The translations under genes were made by a program, and so were the position numbers. A model generated the notes under the pieces. The model saw only the letters and a list, made by a program, of their open reading frames with translations. It was not told where the DNA came from and searched no databases. Positions 37,479 to 48,714 of a DNA stretch of 64,000 nt are shown piece by piece. The stretch is taken from positions 1,351,474 through 1,415,473 of the forward strand of contig BCKZ01000003.1 of NCBI GenBank assembly GCA_001600815.1, read 5' to 3'. This DNA is from Alloascoidea hylecoeti (lineage: Eukaryota). How positions within the stretch are numbered: position 1 is the stretch's first letter; each line of letters starts with the position of its first letter.

Positions 37479-39119
37479 ATGACATCAATAAATGAAGAAG
37501 AAGTTCTACAAACATCTACGGCACCCACTCCCACTTCAAACCCAAATTCACATAAGAAACAGAAGAAACTTAAGGGAAAGAAAAGTAAAAAGACGGTAAC
37601 ACCTGAATATATTGCTGAACAAAGAGCACTTCGAGAAGCTAAAAAGGCTGAAAAACAGGCTAAGTTATTAGCTCAAGGAGTTGATGTTTCTCAACTTGAA
37701 ATTTCTCCTGCTGAAAGATTTATCGTTCGTCCTTTCTTAGAACTTCCTAAAGATGTCGTAGCTGATAAAAAGGAGAAATCAATAGAGTTTAAGATAATGA
37801 CATACAATGTGAGTTATTTTATTCGTGATGAAAAAAGGCTGACAATTGATGCTTGACTAATAATATGAATAGATTCTAGCACAAACCTTGATCCGAAGAA
37901 AGTTATTTCCAACAAATGGTAAGACTCATATATTCTTCTTTCCTATGACTTATTATCTAACTCTTTTATAGGAGATGCTTTAAAATGGAATAGAAGATCA
38001 AAAGTAATTCATCATGAATTAGTTCATTATGATCCTGATATTATATGTTTACAAGAAGCAGATCATGTACAATTCACAAATTTTTGGAAAAAAGATTTAG
38101 ATAGACTTGAATATGATACTAAATATTACAGATGGCCTGGTAAAACACATGGTGTTGCTATATGTTGGAAGAAAAAATTGTTTGAATTAGATCAAAGTAT
38201 GCCTGTGCATTATGAAAGTGAAATAACAGATGGTGTTGAAAGAACTTTCCCAACTACTAACGTTGCACTAAATGTTGCTTTAAAAATCAAAAATCAAGAT
38301 ACAGCCAGTTCTAATGGGAAAGAAAAGGGTATAATTGTTGGTACTACTCATCTTTTTTGGCATCCATTTGGTACTTATGAACGAACCCGTCAATGTTATA
38401 TCTTTCTTTCAAAAGCTAAAGAGTTTCAGGACCGAGTTTCACATTCTAGTAATAATCAAAGCGTTGAACGGAATCTATGGCCAGTCTTTTTAGCTGGCGA
38501 TTTTAATAGTCAGCCATTTGATGCTCCATATTTATCCATGACTTCAAAACCAATTAATTATGATGGAAGATGTAGAAGAGTTTTGGAATGTTCATACGCT
38601 TATGATTTTGAAGCAGCAGAGAAAGAAAAAAAGGAACGAAAGTTAATAGCTGCTATGATAGAACGAGGAGAGATTCCACCAGAAACTAAAAATGATGGTA
38701 CAGTAAAGCAACCACTTGATCCTGTACCTGATAACTTCAAAGGAAATGAAAAAACAAAACAAGCAGTCAATTCATTAAAAAATCTTTATGATAAATTACC
38801 TTTAAAAACTGTAAGTCTTTATAGTTGGGGTTATAAATATGTTCATTCTCAAAATTCTGGTCGTGATAATGATCGTGGTGAACCATTTTTTTCAAATTGG
38901 GCACATAGTTGGAGAGGACTTTTAGATTATATTATGATATTACAAAATGATATTAATGAAAAATCTGAAAAAGAAGTAATTCCTGGAATAAGACTACGTA
39001 AATTATTGAGAATGCCAGAACCTGAAGAGATGGGAGAAGAACCTAGTGGTCAACCAAGAGAAGGACAATATCCAAGTGATCATCTTTGTATGATGGCACA
39101 AGTTGAATTAGATCTTTAA
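37479..39119 (+). CDS. NGL2: Ccr4/Ngl-family EEP RNA exonuclease (exons 37479-37808, 37873-37918, 37972-39119)
   Basis: TPEYIAEQR, IMTYN/ILAQTLIRRKLFPTNG/GDALKW, CLQE, TTHLFWHP, AGDFNS, GLLDYI, YPSDHL. Introns GTGAGT..TAG and GTAAGA..CTAAC..TAG. Confidence 0.88.
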
Positions 39120-39289
39120 TTAAGTATGAAATTTATATATGATAGACTTTAGAATAAAATGTTTATAATTCATTTCTTTTCATGATATTTTTTTTTTTTT
39201 AATTATTAAGATGAGTGTGTTAGGCATGCGACATACTTAACTATAAGCTTAAGTAGGAAGAAATTTTTCTTCTACAATTACAACAATTA

Positions 39290-40933
39290 ATGTGCGGAAT
39301 TCTCTGTCTGATTTTAAATACAACAAGTAAAGAAGATAATGATACAGATTATCTTGAACAAAGTTATGACAATTTAAAACCTCTTGTTGAAAACCGAGGA
39401 CCTGATTTTTCAAATTCTAAATCTATTGTTGATGGAAATTTTTCAATTGAATTTTTTTCATCCGTTCTTTCACTTCGTGCACCTTTTACACCACAACCTT
39501 TAATAAATTCAAATGGTTCAATTTTCCAATTTAATGGGGAATTATATAATGATGATATTAAAGGAAATGATACTCAATATTTTTATGAAAGGATTCAACA
39601 AGAAGGAATTTTAAAAACTTTACCTTTATTAAAAGGTGAATATGCTTTTACATACTATGATCCGAAAATGCATGTTATATGGTTTGGTAGAGATTGTATT
39701 GGTAGAAGAAGTCTTGTTTTATTGAAAAATATTTCGGGATTTATTATTTCTAGTGTTCCTCTTGTTGATGATCTTGGAATTAACAATTTTGAAGAAATTC
39801 CTGGTGGTGTGGTTCAATGTTTACATTTAGAGACTGGTAAAACCGAAACATTTCATTGGAATCATAATAGTGATATATTACAATTCCCTTATGGGAAAGT
39901 TAACCCTGATCTTATGAAAAGTTCAAATTATTTGAATATATTAGAACAAAGAGTTAGTGAATTACAAAAATTATTATATACTTCGGTTGAAAGAAGAGTA
40001 ACTCATATTCACGAATATAATACTAAAGAAATTACTTCTCAAGATCATATACCATCAAAAGTCGCAATTTTATTTTCTGGAGGTCTTGATTGTACTTTAT
40101 TAGCACATTTAACAGATCTTATAGTTGAACCTAATGAAACAATCGATTTATTAAACGTTGCTTTTGAAAATCCAAGAGTTGGTGGTGGTTATGATACACC
40201 CGATAGAAAATTAGGTATACAATCATTTGAAGAATTAGAATCATTAAGTTTAAATTCTTCAGAATTAAAATCAAGATTTAGATTTATTAAAATTAATACT
40301 CCTTATGATGAATTACTTAAACATCGAGAGATTGTTAAAAAGTTAATGTATCCTAAGGATAGTGTTATGGATTTATCAATTGCAGTTGCTTTTTACTTTG
40401 CTTCAAGGGGTATTGGAGTCTTCAGGGCTGTTGGGGGAAATGATGATGTTCCATATGCTAGTGCTAGTAAATTATTGATATCAGGTTTGGGAGCTGATGA
40501 ACTTTTCGGTGGTTACAGTAGACATACAGGTCTCTTTGATTTACGGAAGAAACAAACCATTGTTGAGTATGGTAATGCTTATAGTAAGCTACATGACGAA
40601 CTACAGATGGATTTTGGTCGTTTACATACAAGAAATTTAGGTCGTGATGATAGAGTGATTGGTGGTTGGGGGAAAGAAGCTAGATATCCATTTTTGGATG
40701 AAGACCTTATTAAATGGGCTATGAATTGTGAGTTAGATTTAAAAGTTTTCAAAGATAGAAATGGTGATCAACGTAAACCAGCAGATTCTAAATATATTTT
40801 AAGAAAATTGGCAAAAAAGTTGGGATTTGTTAAAGTTGTTGAGGAAAAGAAAAGGGCAATTCAATTTGGTGCAAGGTCTGCAAAAATGGAAATAGGACAA
40901 GGAAAAGTGAAAGGATCTGATAAACTTGTGTAA
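39290..40933 (+). CDS. Asparagine synthetase domain-containing protein (YML096W/ASNSD1-like)
   Basis: MCGI, NRGPD, FNGELY, GRDCIGRRSL, LFSGGLDC, LLNVAFENPR, GLGADELFGGYSRH, RNLGRDDRV, KRAIQFGARSAKM. Confidence 0.93.
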   Translation: MCGILCLILNTTSKEDNDTDYLEQSYDNLKPLVENRGPDFSNSKSIVDGNFSIEFFSSVLSLRAPFTPQPLINSNGSIFQFNGELYNDDIKGNDTQYFYERIQQEGILKTLPLLKGEYAFTYYDPKMHVIWFGRDCIGRRSLVLLKNISGFIISSVPLVDDLGINNFEEIPGGVVQCLHLETGKTETFHWNHNSDILQFPYGKVNPDLMKSSNYLNILEQRVSELQKLLYTSVERRVTHIHEYNTKEITSQDHIPSKVAILFSGGLDCTLLAHLTDLIVEPNETIDLLNVAFENPRVGGGYDTPDRKLGIQSFEELESLSLNSSELKSRFRFIKINTPYDELLKHREIVKKLMYPKDSVMDLSIAVAFYFASRGIGVFRAVGGNDDVPYASASKLLISGLGADELFGGYSRHTGLFDLRKKQTIVEYGNAYSKLHDELQMDFGRLHTRNLGRDDRVIGGWGKEARYPFLDEDLIKWAMNCELDLKVFKDRNGDQRKPADSKYILRKLAKKLGFVKVVEEKKRAIQFGARSAKMEIGQGKVKGSDKLV

Positions 40934-42218
40934 TTAAGATTTAAGAGATCAATAAAGTATTATATTGCGTTATAGAAATATTTTGACAAGGCTGTGGTAT
41001 TGACTGAATAAAACAATGATACTTCGGAGTCATTTATTTCGCTTAGAATAATTTTTGTTTCAGATATAATTATAAAGAAGAGAAAAACTTTTCTGTAGTG
41101 CATGATCGTATAATCATGACAGGGAGCTTGTTGTTAGATGTCTAAATTATTTAAATGATTTGAAAGGATGATTTGTTAACACGTCCTTGGACTTGAGAAA
41201 TAAAAAAAAAAAAAAAAATATAGGCCTGTAAATATCTTTATCCCACCATAGCAGTGACATCCATTCTTCACTTATATCACAAGAAGAAGTTGGCATATAT
41301 ATTTCTATCAGCGCTGATATCGAGGTTGAGGTTTATCTGGATCATAAAAAAACACCGGCTCTTCAATATTTGCTATGTCTTAGTTGTAACCAAGTCTTCT
41401 CTTTAACTCTCAGATTTTTTTTTTGCACTTAAAGAATTAGCCCCATCTAAGTCAAACCTGGGAGAAAACACACAAAACTTACTATATATGCCGTCTATAT
41501 TATATACTGTAGTTTTGATAGGACAATAGAGAATTCAGGATATAAAGTCTTTGGTCTATAATAAGTTACCATTGTAGCTAAGAACTATAAATGTCTTGAT
41601 ATAGTAACAATAACTTTCTGCCTAATGCACAATAAACAATATGTTAAAATTTAAAAAAATTGTTCTCTTTTTGGGTTTTGTGTTTCTCATGATGTATACA
41701 ATACGTGTGAGGGTAAATTTAGGACATTAAACATTTTTTATAAATTTTCATATTAATGCTCTAAATCGAAATTTTGTTCACAGTCATATGCATTAAACTA
41801 AATTAGAAAAGTGGCATATAAAGAATCGAAAATTTAAACCAAATTCTTTATACAGAATATAGAGAAATTGGAATTGAAGTAGAAACATTGTTGAAACTTC
41901 TTAAGTGGATTGGAATCGTAGTTAGCTACTTGTATTTACTATGTTGATTCTATTATTTATGGAGAGAAGTCTCTTCACAGTGTTAGCTTCCTTTTAAAGG
42001 TTGTCTATTATAAGCGCTGATATTCATAAAACACAAAAACAACAGTTATTCTGGGCAATTATAAAAGTTTAGCAACATAACATTCTAAAAGATTGTTTAT
42101 ATAATTTATATTCTTCTCCTTTACTTGAACTTATATTATATTTAATATTTAATAGCTATTTATTTTCTTATCGTTAAACATTAACATTAAAAAATCAACA
42201 TAACTAATCATAATAATA

Positions 42219-44513
42219 ATGGGTGAAATTCTTTATAAAGGTCGTTCGGAGTTATTAAATTGCCTTATAGGGCAGGAACCATGGGAAAATTATGACTTTG
42301 ATGAGTATACATTTATAAATGAAGATAAAACCCTACCGTGCCCCCAACCACAAACAAGTGATTCCAAGATTCATGAAACCCCTTCAAATGGAATTGTCTT
42401 ACCACCAACTCCGAAATCTCCTGTTTTACCATGGAAAGATGAAGCTACTCACCCTAAAAGTATACTAACTTGTGAAACTTTATGGAAAGTTATGACAGAT
42501 AATGAATTTCAAAAGTTTAATTATTGGTTATATAAATTAAATTTAATGAATTATGAAAGAAAGATTACTCTCAGTATTAAAAATGATGAAATTGATGATT
42601 CATTTAATCAACATATTAAAAATGGAACTATTTATGAATTATATTATTATCATTATGATCAAATTATTGAAAACCAAATGCAATTAGCGTTTAATTCAAA
42701 TATTAATTCAAAGTTAAATTTAACAGATCATATTCCTAAGTTCATTGATTTTTATGATTGTTCATTAAATATGATAAATCAATATGAAAAATTTGAATTT
42801 ATAAATCTTAGTTTTGGTGATTTCATTTTAAAATATGATCCTTTATCATCTGATTTATTAATCTTTGATTCATCAATGAAGCTATCAACTGATTTACGTA
42901 ACTTATCAAAAATATATAAAGAAAATTTAAAACAATTCATATTTCAAAGTCAAATTAAAGGGTGTGAAGTTAAATTTGATGAATTTAGATTTGAAATAAA
43001 CGTTTGGGATTTGATAGATTTAAAAATTAAAGAAGATCATATTTTTTTAATCCATCCAAATTGTGTTACAATTGTTAGAATTTTTATTCATTCGTCTGGA
43101 TCAATTAACTCTTTTGAATCATTTAATTCAACTTTTAGTCCGAATTCTTCTAAGATAACTACTAATCTTGAGAAAATGTCTCAATTTCAAATTAAATTTG
43201 AGATACTTAAAACAATCCCTTCTCCTTTATTCCAAAAGACGAATAATCAATATATAAAGGATAATCAACTTCCAATTAAGTCTAAAGATAATGATAATAC
43301 TAAAAACATTGATAATCAAGACCCTAGGAGGGATATTTTATTACATATAACAGATGTTGAATTTGAAAAACACCAAGGAAGAATTACTTTGTTTCATAGT
43401 AATGGAACATTGATTCAAATAGAACTTGCTCTTAACTTGGTTGGTCAAAGGACAACAGGAATTTCCAGTAGTTTTAATTATCTACCAATTGCTAACATTG
43501 ATGAATTTTATGAACCACAATATGGTAGACTTTATAAACTGGATAAAAAATCATCAGAAGTATTAATATATTCTGATTCAAAACATGAATTTACTGTATT
43601 CGATTTAGAAACTAAGAAGACAAATAAATCATTAAGATTAAACCCAATTAAAATTAATGGAAGAATAAAACTTCCTTCCGATATTGCCATTGAAGAGAAT
43701 GATGAATTTGAAGACAACAACTCAAATAATTATAAGTACAGTAAAGTTGCTTTGAAATATGAAGATAGATTCACTGGAGAATCAACTTTATTAATTATGA
43801 GAGTTGATAAAAGAAATATAAGAGATGGGTATCAAACATTTGAAGAAATTAAAGTACCTACACCAGAGTTATCATCAAATGTATATTTTGGAAACCCTAT
43901 TACACGTAAACCGGTGTCTCCTCATGCTCCAATGGGACTATCTTTTTTCAAAATTTATAAAGGTAATCTATATAATTTTACTAGGTTTAAAAATTCACAC
44001 AAAATGAATATTTGGTGTTTGAAAGATGATAATACTGTATTAGTTAAATCTTGGACACTTTTCAACGATCCAGCTGAGACTGATCTTGAGTCTTGTGAAA
44101 CATTTTCATATAATTTTAGGATTGATATGATTGCATTTATGTTTACGAGTTTATACAATAAAACAACTAGTACTTTTAATTATAATAATTATAAGAGGAG
44201 AATTGAAATTTATGAGTTAAGTACTGGAAAGAGGTTAGCAAAGTTTAAAATTGAAGATAGTATTGAATTCCGATGTGTAAGAAGAATAGGACTTACAAAA
44301 GAAAGGATTTATCTTCAAACTTCTACAAATGATCAATTAGATAGATTTATTGATAATTTTGTAGATATAAAACCAGGAAATTCAATTCTTAAGGTCTTGG
44401 ATTTTGGATTACCTGCTTTTGAAATTATGATGGGTAAGGATGAGCATTTGAAAAAGAAAGAAGAAAAAAAGGCCTTTATGGATTCAATGTGGAGCTTATA
44501 TACTAATTTGTGA
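42219..44513 (+). CDS. Uncharacterised 764-aa protein, possibly beta-propeller
   Basis: Long uninterrupted ORF with host-like codon bias. Beta-strand-rich segments (FEINVWDL, FTVFDLET, MNIWCL, IEIYELSTGK, LKVLDFG). Confidence 0.8.
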   Translation: MGEILYKGRSELLNCLIGQEPWENYDFDEYTFINEDKTLPCPQPQTSDSKIHETPSNGIVLPPTPKSPVLPWKDEATHPKSILTCETLWKVMTDNEFQKFNYWLYKLNLMNYERKITLSIKNDEIDDSFNQHIKNGTIYELYYYHYDQIIENQMQLAFNSNINSKLNLTDHIPKFIDFYDCSLNMINQYEKFEFINLSFGDFILKYDPLSSDLLIFDSSMKLSTDLRNLSKIYKENLKQFIFQSQIKGCEVKFDEFRFEINVWDLIDLKIKEDHIFLIHPNCVTIVRIFIHSSGSINSFESFNSTFSPNSSKITTNLEKMSQFQIKFEILKTIPSPLFQKTNNQYIKDNQLPIKSKDNDNTKNIDNQDPRRDILLHITDVEFEKHQGRITLFHSNGTLIQIELALNLVGQRTTGISSSFNYLPIANIDEFYEPQYGRLYKLDKKSSEVLIYSDSKHEFTVFDLETKKTNKSLRLNPIKINGRIKLPSDIAIEENDEFEDNNSNNYKYSKVALKYEDRFTGESTLLIMRVDKRNIRDGYQTFEEIKVPTPELSSNVYFGNPITRKPVSPHAPMGLSFFKIYKGNLYNFTRFKNSHKMNIWCLKDDNTVLVKSWTLFNDPAETDLESCETFSYNFRIDMIAFMFTSLYNKTTSTFNYNNYKRRIEIYELSTGKRLAKFKIEDSIEFRCVRRIGLTKERIYLQTSTNDQLDRFIDNFVDIKPGNSILKVLDFGLPAFEIMMGKDEHLKKKEEKKAFMDSMWSLYTNL

Positions 44514-44595
44514 AAAGTATAGGTTAATTATATACTGGTAAAACCTGAGTGTAATTATACAAGCCTTAGTTTAAATTAAATTAAATTTGATAAGT

Positions 44596-45500
44596 CTAGT
44601 ATTTAGTGTTGGTTACCTTGACCTTAACGGATCATAGGGTCAATCAGATCATCGATGATATTCAGATCTATGAGGTCCCAGTGTTTGGATCCTTCTTCAT
44701 TCTTAATTACATCATGTGGAGGCTCATAATTATGATTACCGCCTTCTGATGAACTTTCTTGAGGATATTTCACATATGCTCATTAGATTCAGGTTCGATG
44801 AAAAAGGCATTGGTCATTCTAGATCTCTCCTTATCACGAATCCATTTGATTCAGATTTCAACTTTATGGATAGATGTGTCATCCCGCATGAATATAAAAC
44901 CCTCAGGAATCTTATCAAAGGCCTCTTTCAAATTGAGGGATTAATGTTGAGCCGTCTGAGTTTTTTTCTCGATAACCCCTTTCATAATGCTAGATATCTT
45001 AGACCCCGGTTTGGATTACTCTAAGTTGCAATTGAATGAACAAAGTCTATGCAACAATTGTGTTTAAGGCCTTATAATGTTCCAGACGTGTATTCTCTTC
45101 AGTGAATTGATTACAAATGCACCCTCAAACATATTGAAGCATTCATCAAGCACAGAGGATGCTTTCATCGGTTTACATGCCGAGCCATTTTTCAACTTCG
45201 ACAAAGAGTTCTTACTAATATTCGTCCACATATATATCTTTACGATGTAAGTTTCTACCTTAAAATTCATACAGTAATGATCTATTTTCAGATGCTGAAG
45301 GTAATGATTGAAAGCAGAGACTTGGAGTATTTAGAAGAATTTATTCTCAGTTTTTGTAAATAGAAGCATTTATTTTTAAAATTGATTGTTGTATCAATTA
45401 CTGTATGGACATACTATACTAGACTCATTATTAATGGATGATAACAATCAACTCCAAATCTCTGGAGATTTGAGATTGTCTTAAGTGTCGAGTTCATAGA
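44596..45500 (-). mobile_element. Decayed Tc1-type (DD34E) transposase
   Basis: Reverse strand: VLDECFNMFEG (first D), FIFMRDDTSIHKVEI*IKW (second D), LE*PMPFSSNLNL/EHM*NILKK (WPxxSPDLNPIE), HWDLIDLNIIDDLIDPM, terminal TKY*. Confidence 0.8.
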
Positions 45501-46470
45501 TATAATATAGCTATGGCTAGCAAATAAATTTGTCATGGAAGCCTATATCGATGAGATAAGAGGAAGTGTATCAAGTGGGACTATCAATGTATTAAGCATT
45601 ATCATCATAGTCGTAAAAGCTAAATCAATATGATTTGGATACCTATTTATAGTATTTGAATTGTTGATGGTGAAAAAATAAAAATGATTGATTTTGAAGT
45701 GGGAATATCCATAAGAATATTAATAGAAAAATAATGAGTTACTAATGATATGATACTGATGTATTGAGTAAATTATGGGTCTGATCTTTATTATCAAATA
45801 TAATAAAAGTAATTGTTAGTGAAGATACATATCTTTCTAATTCGCTACCAGTGAAACAACTCCACCACTTGATAAATTTCAGATATATTTAATTAACTTA
45901 CTTATAGCCCTTCATGACCAAAAATAAGCACCGATTATTAAGATAATTAAACACGATCCATCTGTTAATTAATTCTTTATACTACGATCATCGACTTTTG
46001 TAGAAGAATTTAAGTTGATCAAGTAATAATATTCATCATCAATTCTTTTCATATTTCATCATCTAAGATCAATCTTGAACGATTTTTCTCTTATATTTCA
46101 ATCTTGAATTCAATTTCAAGGGAACTTGTATCTATACTTCCCGTGGTCTAGACTAAGAAATTGTAAGGTTTTATACTTAGATGCAGTATGACTGCATGCG
46201 ATTCATGGATAACTTCCTAACTTCCTGTTCTTAAATCCACAGATATCGATGGGGAGTCACTCTTGACTCCATATTATTCCATAATATAATATGGTAAGTT
46301 AAAACACTTAATATGTTATAAGTTAAATTTAAAATTCAAAGCTTGTCAACCACAGTCTGGAATATAAGCTTATACAATAGGCTTAATTACAAGGTCTAAT
46401 GTTATAATTGTGACATGCAAATGTATATCAGATAAATAAAAGTCATAGATGAGATAATCATTATAATTAA

Positions 46471-46795
46471 CTATACACAATGTTTGGATTAGTCGCCAAT
46501 ATATATAAATATGATATATAATAAAAACTGAAGATGAATGAATAATTATAACGTTTTGGGTGAATGTTATATGGAGGTGTGTTTGTTTTAATGAATCAGA
46601 TTTATTGTAATGGTTCCAGGTGAATATTGTTTTTCCAGGTTTTAAAAAATATGAAGAGATCAGGGAGGTTGAATAGATAAAATGTAAATTCAAAGAACCA
46701 GAAAATGTTATATTACAGGAGATCTTGGTTATTTCAGATAAGATACCAATAAAATAATGCTGATGAAATGCAAATTGAGGTGTAAATGGCAGCAT
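46471..46795 (+). pseudogene. Possible relic of an AMP-binding (adenylation) domain
   Basis: Broken frames give LYTMFG, NVLGECYMEV, VPGE, IVFPGF, KCYITGDLGYFR* (46703-46741) and QIEV/NG, in the order of core motifs A5-A8. Confidence 0.4.
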
Positions 46796-46951
46796 TATTA
46801 TAATGGTATGAGTAAATTATGTTTAGATTTGAAGCGAATTAGTCAAGATGAGCAAATTAACCCCAGAATAAGTAGAATATAAAACAATCGAAATCAGTAC
46901 ATAAAACCCAAATCATTTCCCTTTAAATTTCCCTTTGCTTCTGTCTTTTTT

Positions 46952-47140
46952 TTAATTCTGTTTTGTTATACTCTCTCTTGATTGGAGTTTCATCTTCTTT
47001 TTATCTGTATCTGAATCAAAGGTGTTATTAACTGGACACGGAAACAGCTGTCCACCAGCCACAGTCATAAATGCGACAATGGCCGTGGTTGAGAATAACG
47101 ACTGTGTGAGTCTGTTTCTAGCAGCAGCTTTCATAAACAT
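46952..47140 (-). CDS. COA2: Cytochrome c oxidase assembly factor Coa2
   Basis: 62 aa MKAAARNRLTQSLFSTTAIVAFMTVAGGQLFPCPV..DSD matches the Coa2 pattern (RN...L..ST...AF..VA....LPCP...DSD). CCAAT boxes upstream. Confidence 0.8.
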   Translation of the reverse strand: MFMKAAARNRLTQSLFSTTAIVAFMTVAGGQLFPCPVNNTFDSDTDKKKMKLQSRESITKQN

Positions 47141-47770
47141 CTTTGTGCACTTATGATGGTGAAGGTGGAAACTGGTGAGGTTATAAGTAAAGAAATGGGC
47201 ATTTAGATTTGAAAAAAAAGTAGCACCACTTCAAACTTCAAGGCCGACTATTATTTAACTTTTCGGCCTTCATTTTTCCTTAAATAACTACTTTTTTTTA
47301 TTTACACTACAATATTAATTGAATATTACACTAATATGAATTCCTAATTTCTCCTCGGAGTCTGCTAATTAATTTGGTTCTTTTCTGTTTTGAACCTGTT
47401 CTTTTCTATTTTTTTGAAAACTTTTCATTTGAAATTCGATTTATAAAAAGATATTGGCGCGCTCTGATTGGTCCAAATACTCAAGGTTCCTTATTGAAGT
47501 AGGTTGCGTAGGATTACGTAACTACGATTATATATTATTATGTAAGTTTAAGGTCATGTATAACACGTGATGATAATTCAGATTGGAACAATATTTATTA
47601 GATAATTTTGAGATTCCATTTAGTTTGATTATTGAAATTTATAAACAAGATTCACATTAGTTGGTAGGGTAGTAGTTCTATATACAGTTGTTAAAACCTA
47701 TGAAATTGATAACAATTACAAGGCATCACTGTTGAAAATCCAAGTTTAATCATAATTATCAAAAAATAAT

Positions 47771-48415
47771 TTATTCAAGAGTGATTTTAGCACCAAGACC
47801 TTCTAATGTTGCCTTAAGTTTATCAGAATCTTCTTTTGAAAGATTTTCTTTTAATACTTTTGGAGCAGCTTCAACGAATTTTTTTGCTTCAACTAAACTT
47901 AATCCTAATAATCCCTTAACTTCTTTAATAATTTTTGGTTTTGATTTAGCATCAAATGAATCTAATTTAACGGTAAAGACACTTTTAACTTCAACTTTTT
48001 CTTCTTCAACTTCTTCAACTGGGGCTGCTGGAGCTGCTGCGCCTGCACCTGCACCTGCTGAGAAAGAAACATCTGCGATATTGAGACGTGTTTTTAATTC
48101 AGAAACAAGTGTTGATGTTTCTAAAAGGTTTAATGTTGCAATTTGATCAACAATTGCTGAGATTTTTGGATCGACTGCTGCGGCTGTTGAGTTAAACCGT
48201 GGTAAGATTATTGATCCAATTGTGGCTCTGTAAATTAGAGCAAATCTATTTATGATTTTTGTATTAGAATTGTGTATTTAGAAAGTGGAGTATAATTATC
48301 GATATAAGATCTCTTGACTTTGATTGAAAAAAGATAAAAATGAAAGAAGAAAAATTGAAATAGCATACCTAGCACATGACCTCACTGTGGGTATAGATTG
48401 ACGGAAAAGAGACAT
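47771..48415 (-). CDS. MNP1: Mitochondrial ribosomal protein bL12m (exons 48415-48369, 48245-47771)
   Basis: Absent from the ORF track. Manual translation: presequence MSLFRQSIPTVRSCAR, then DPKISAIVDQIATLNLLETSTLVSELKTRLNI, AP-rich hinge, KPKIIKEVKGLLGLSLVEAKKFVEAAPKVLKE. Intron GTATGC..CTAAT..TAG. Confidence 0.93.
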
Positions 48416-48714
48416 TGTTTATGGGTTAATGATTGAGAGAAAGAAACCTTTATAGCTCGGTAACTGAAATATTTGGTCTCTGAGAAAAATTGACAAAACA
48501 GAAGGAAGGAGGTTTTACCGGTGTACTCCGGAGTTATGGCATAAATGCCAGTGTTGACGGTGGCATAAGATCTAAACCTCAGCACGTGCAAGATAGAAAA
48601 TTAAGTTTATTATTACTGAGAGATCGCTCAGGTCGGATTATGATTCTATATGATAAAATGTTAAAAATAAATTAATACAAAGCAAAAACAATGCAAATAA
48701 AAACTATATATATA

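Noticed and set aside
47781..48146. 121-aa + strand ORF
   Set aside because: Antisense shadow of MNP1.
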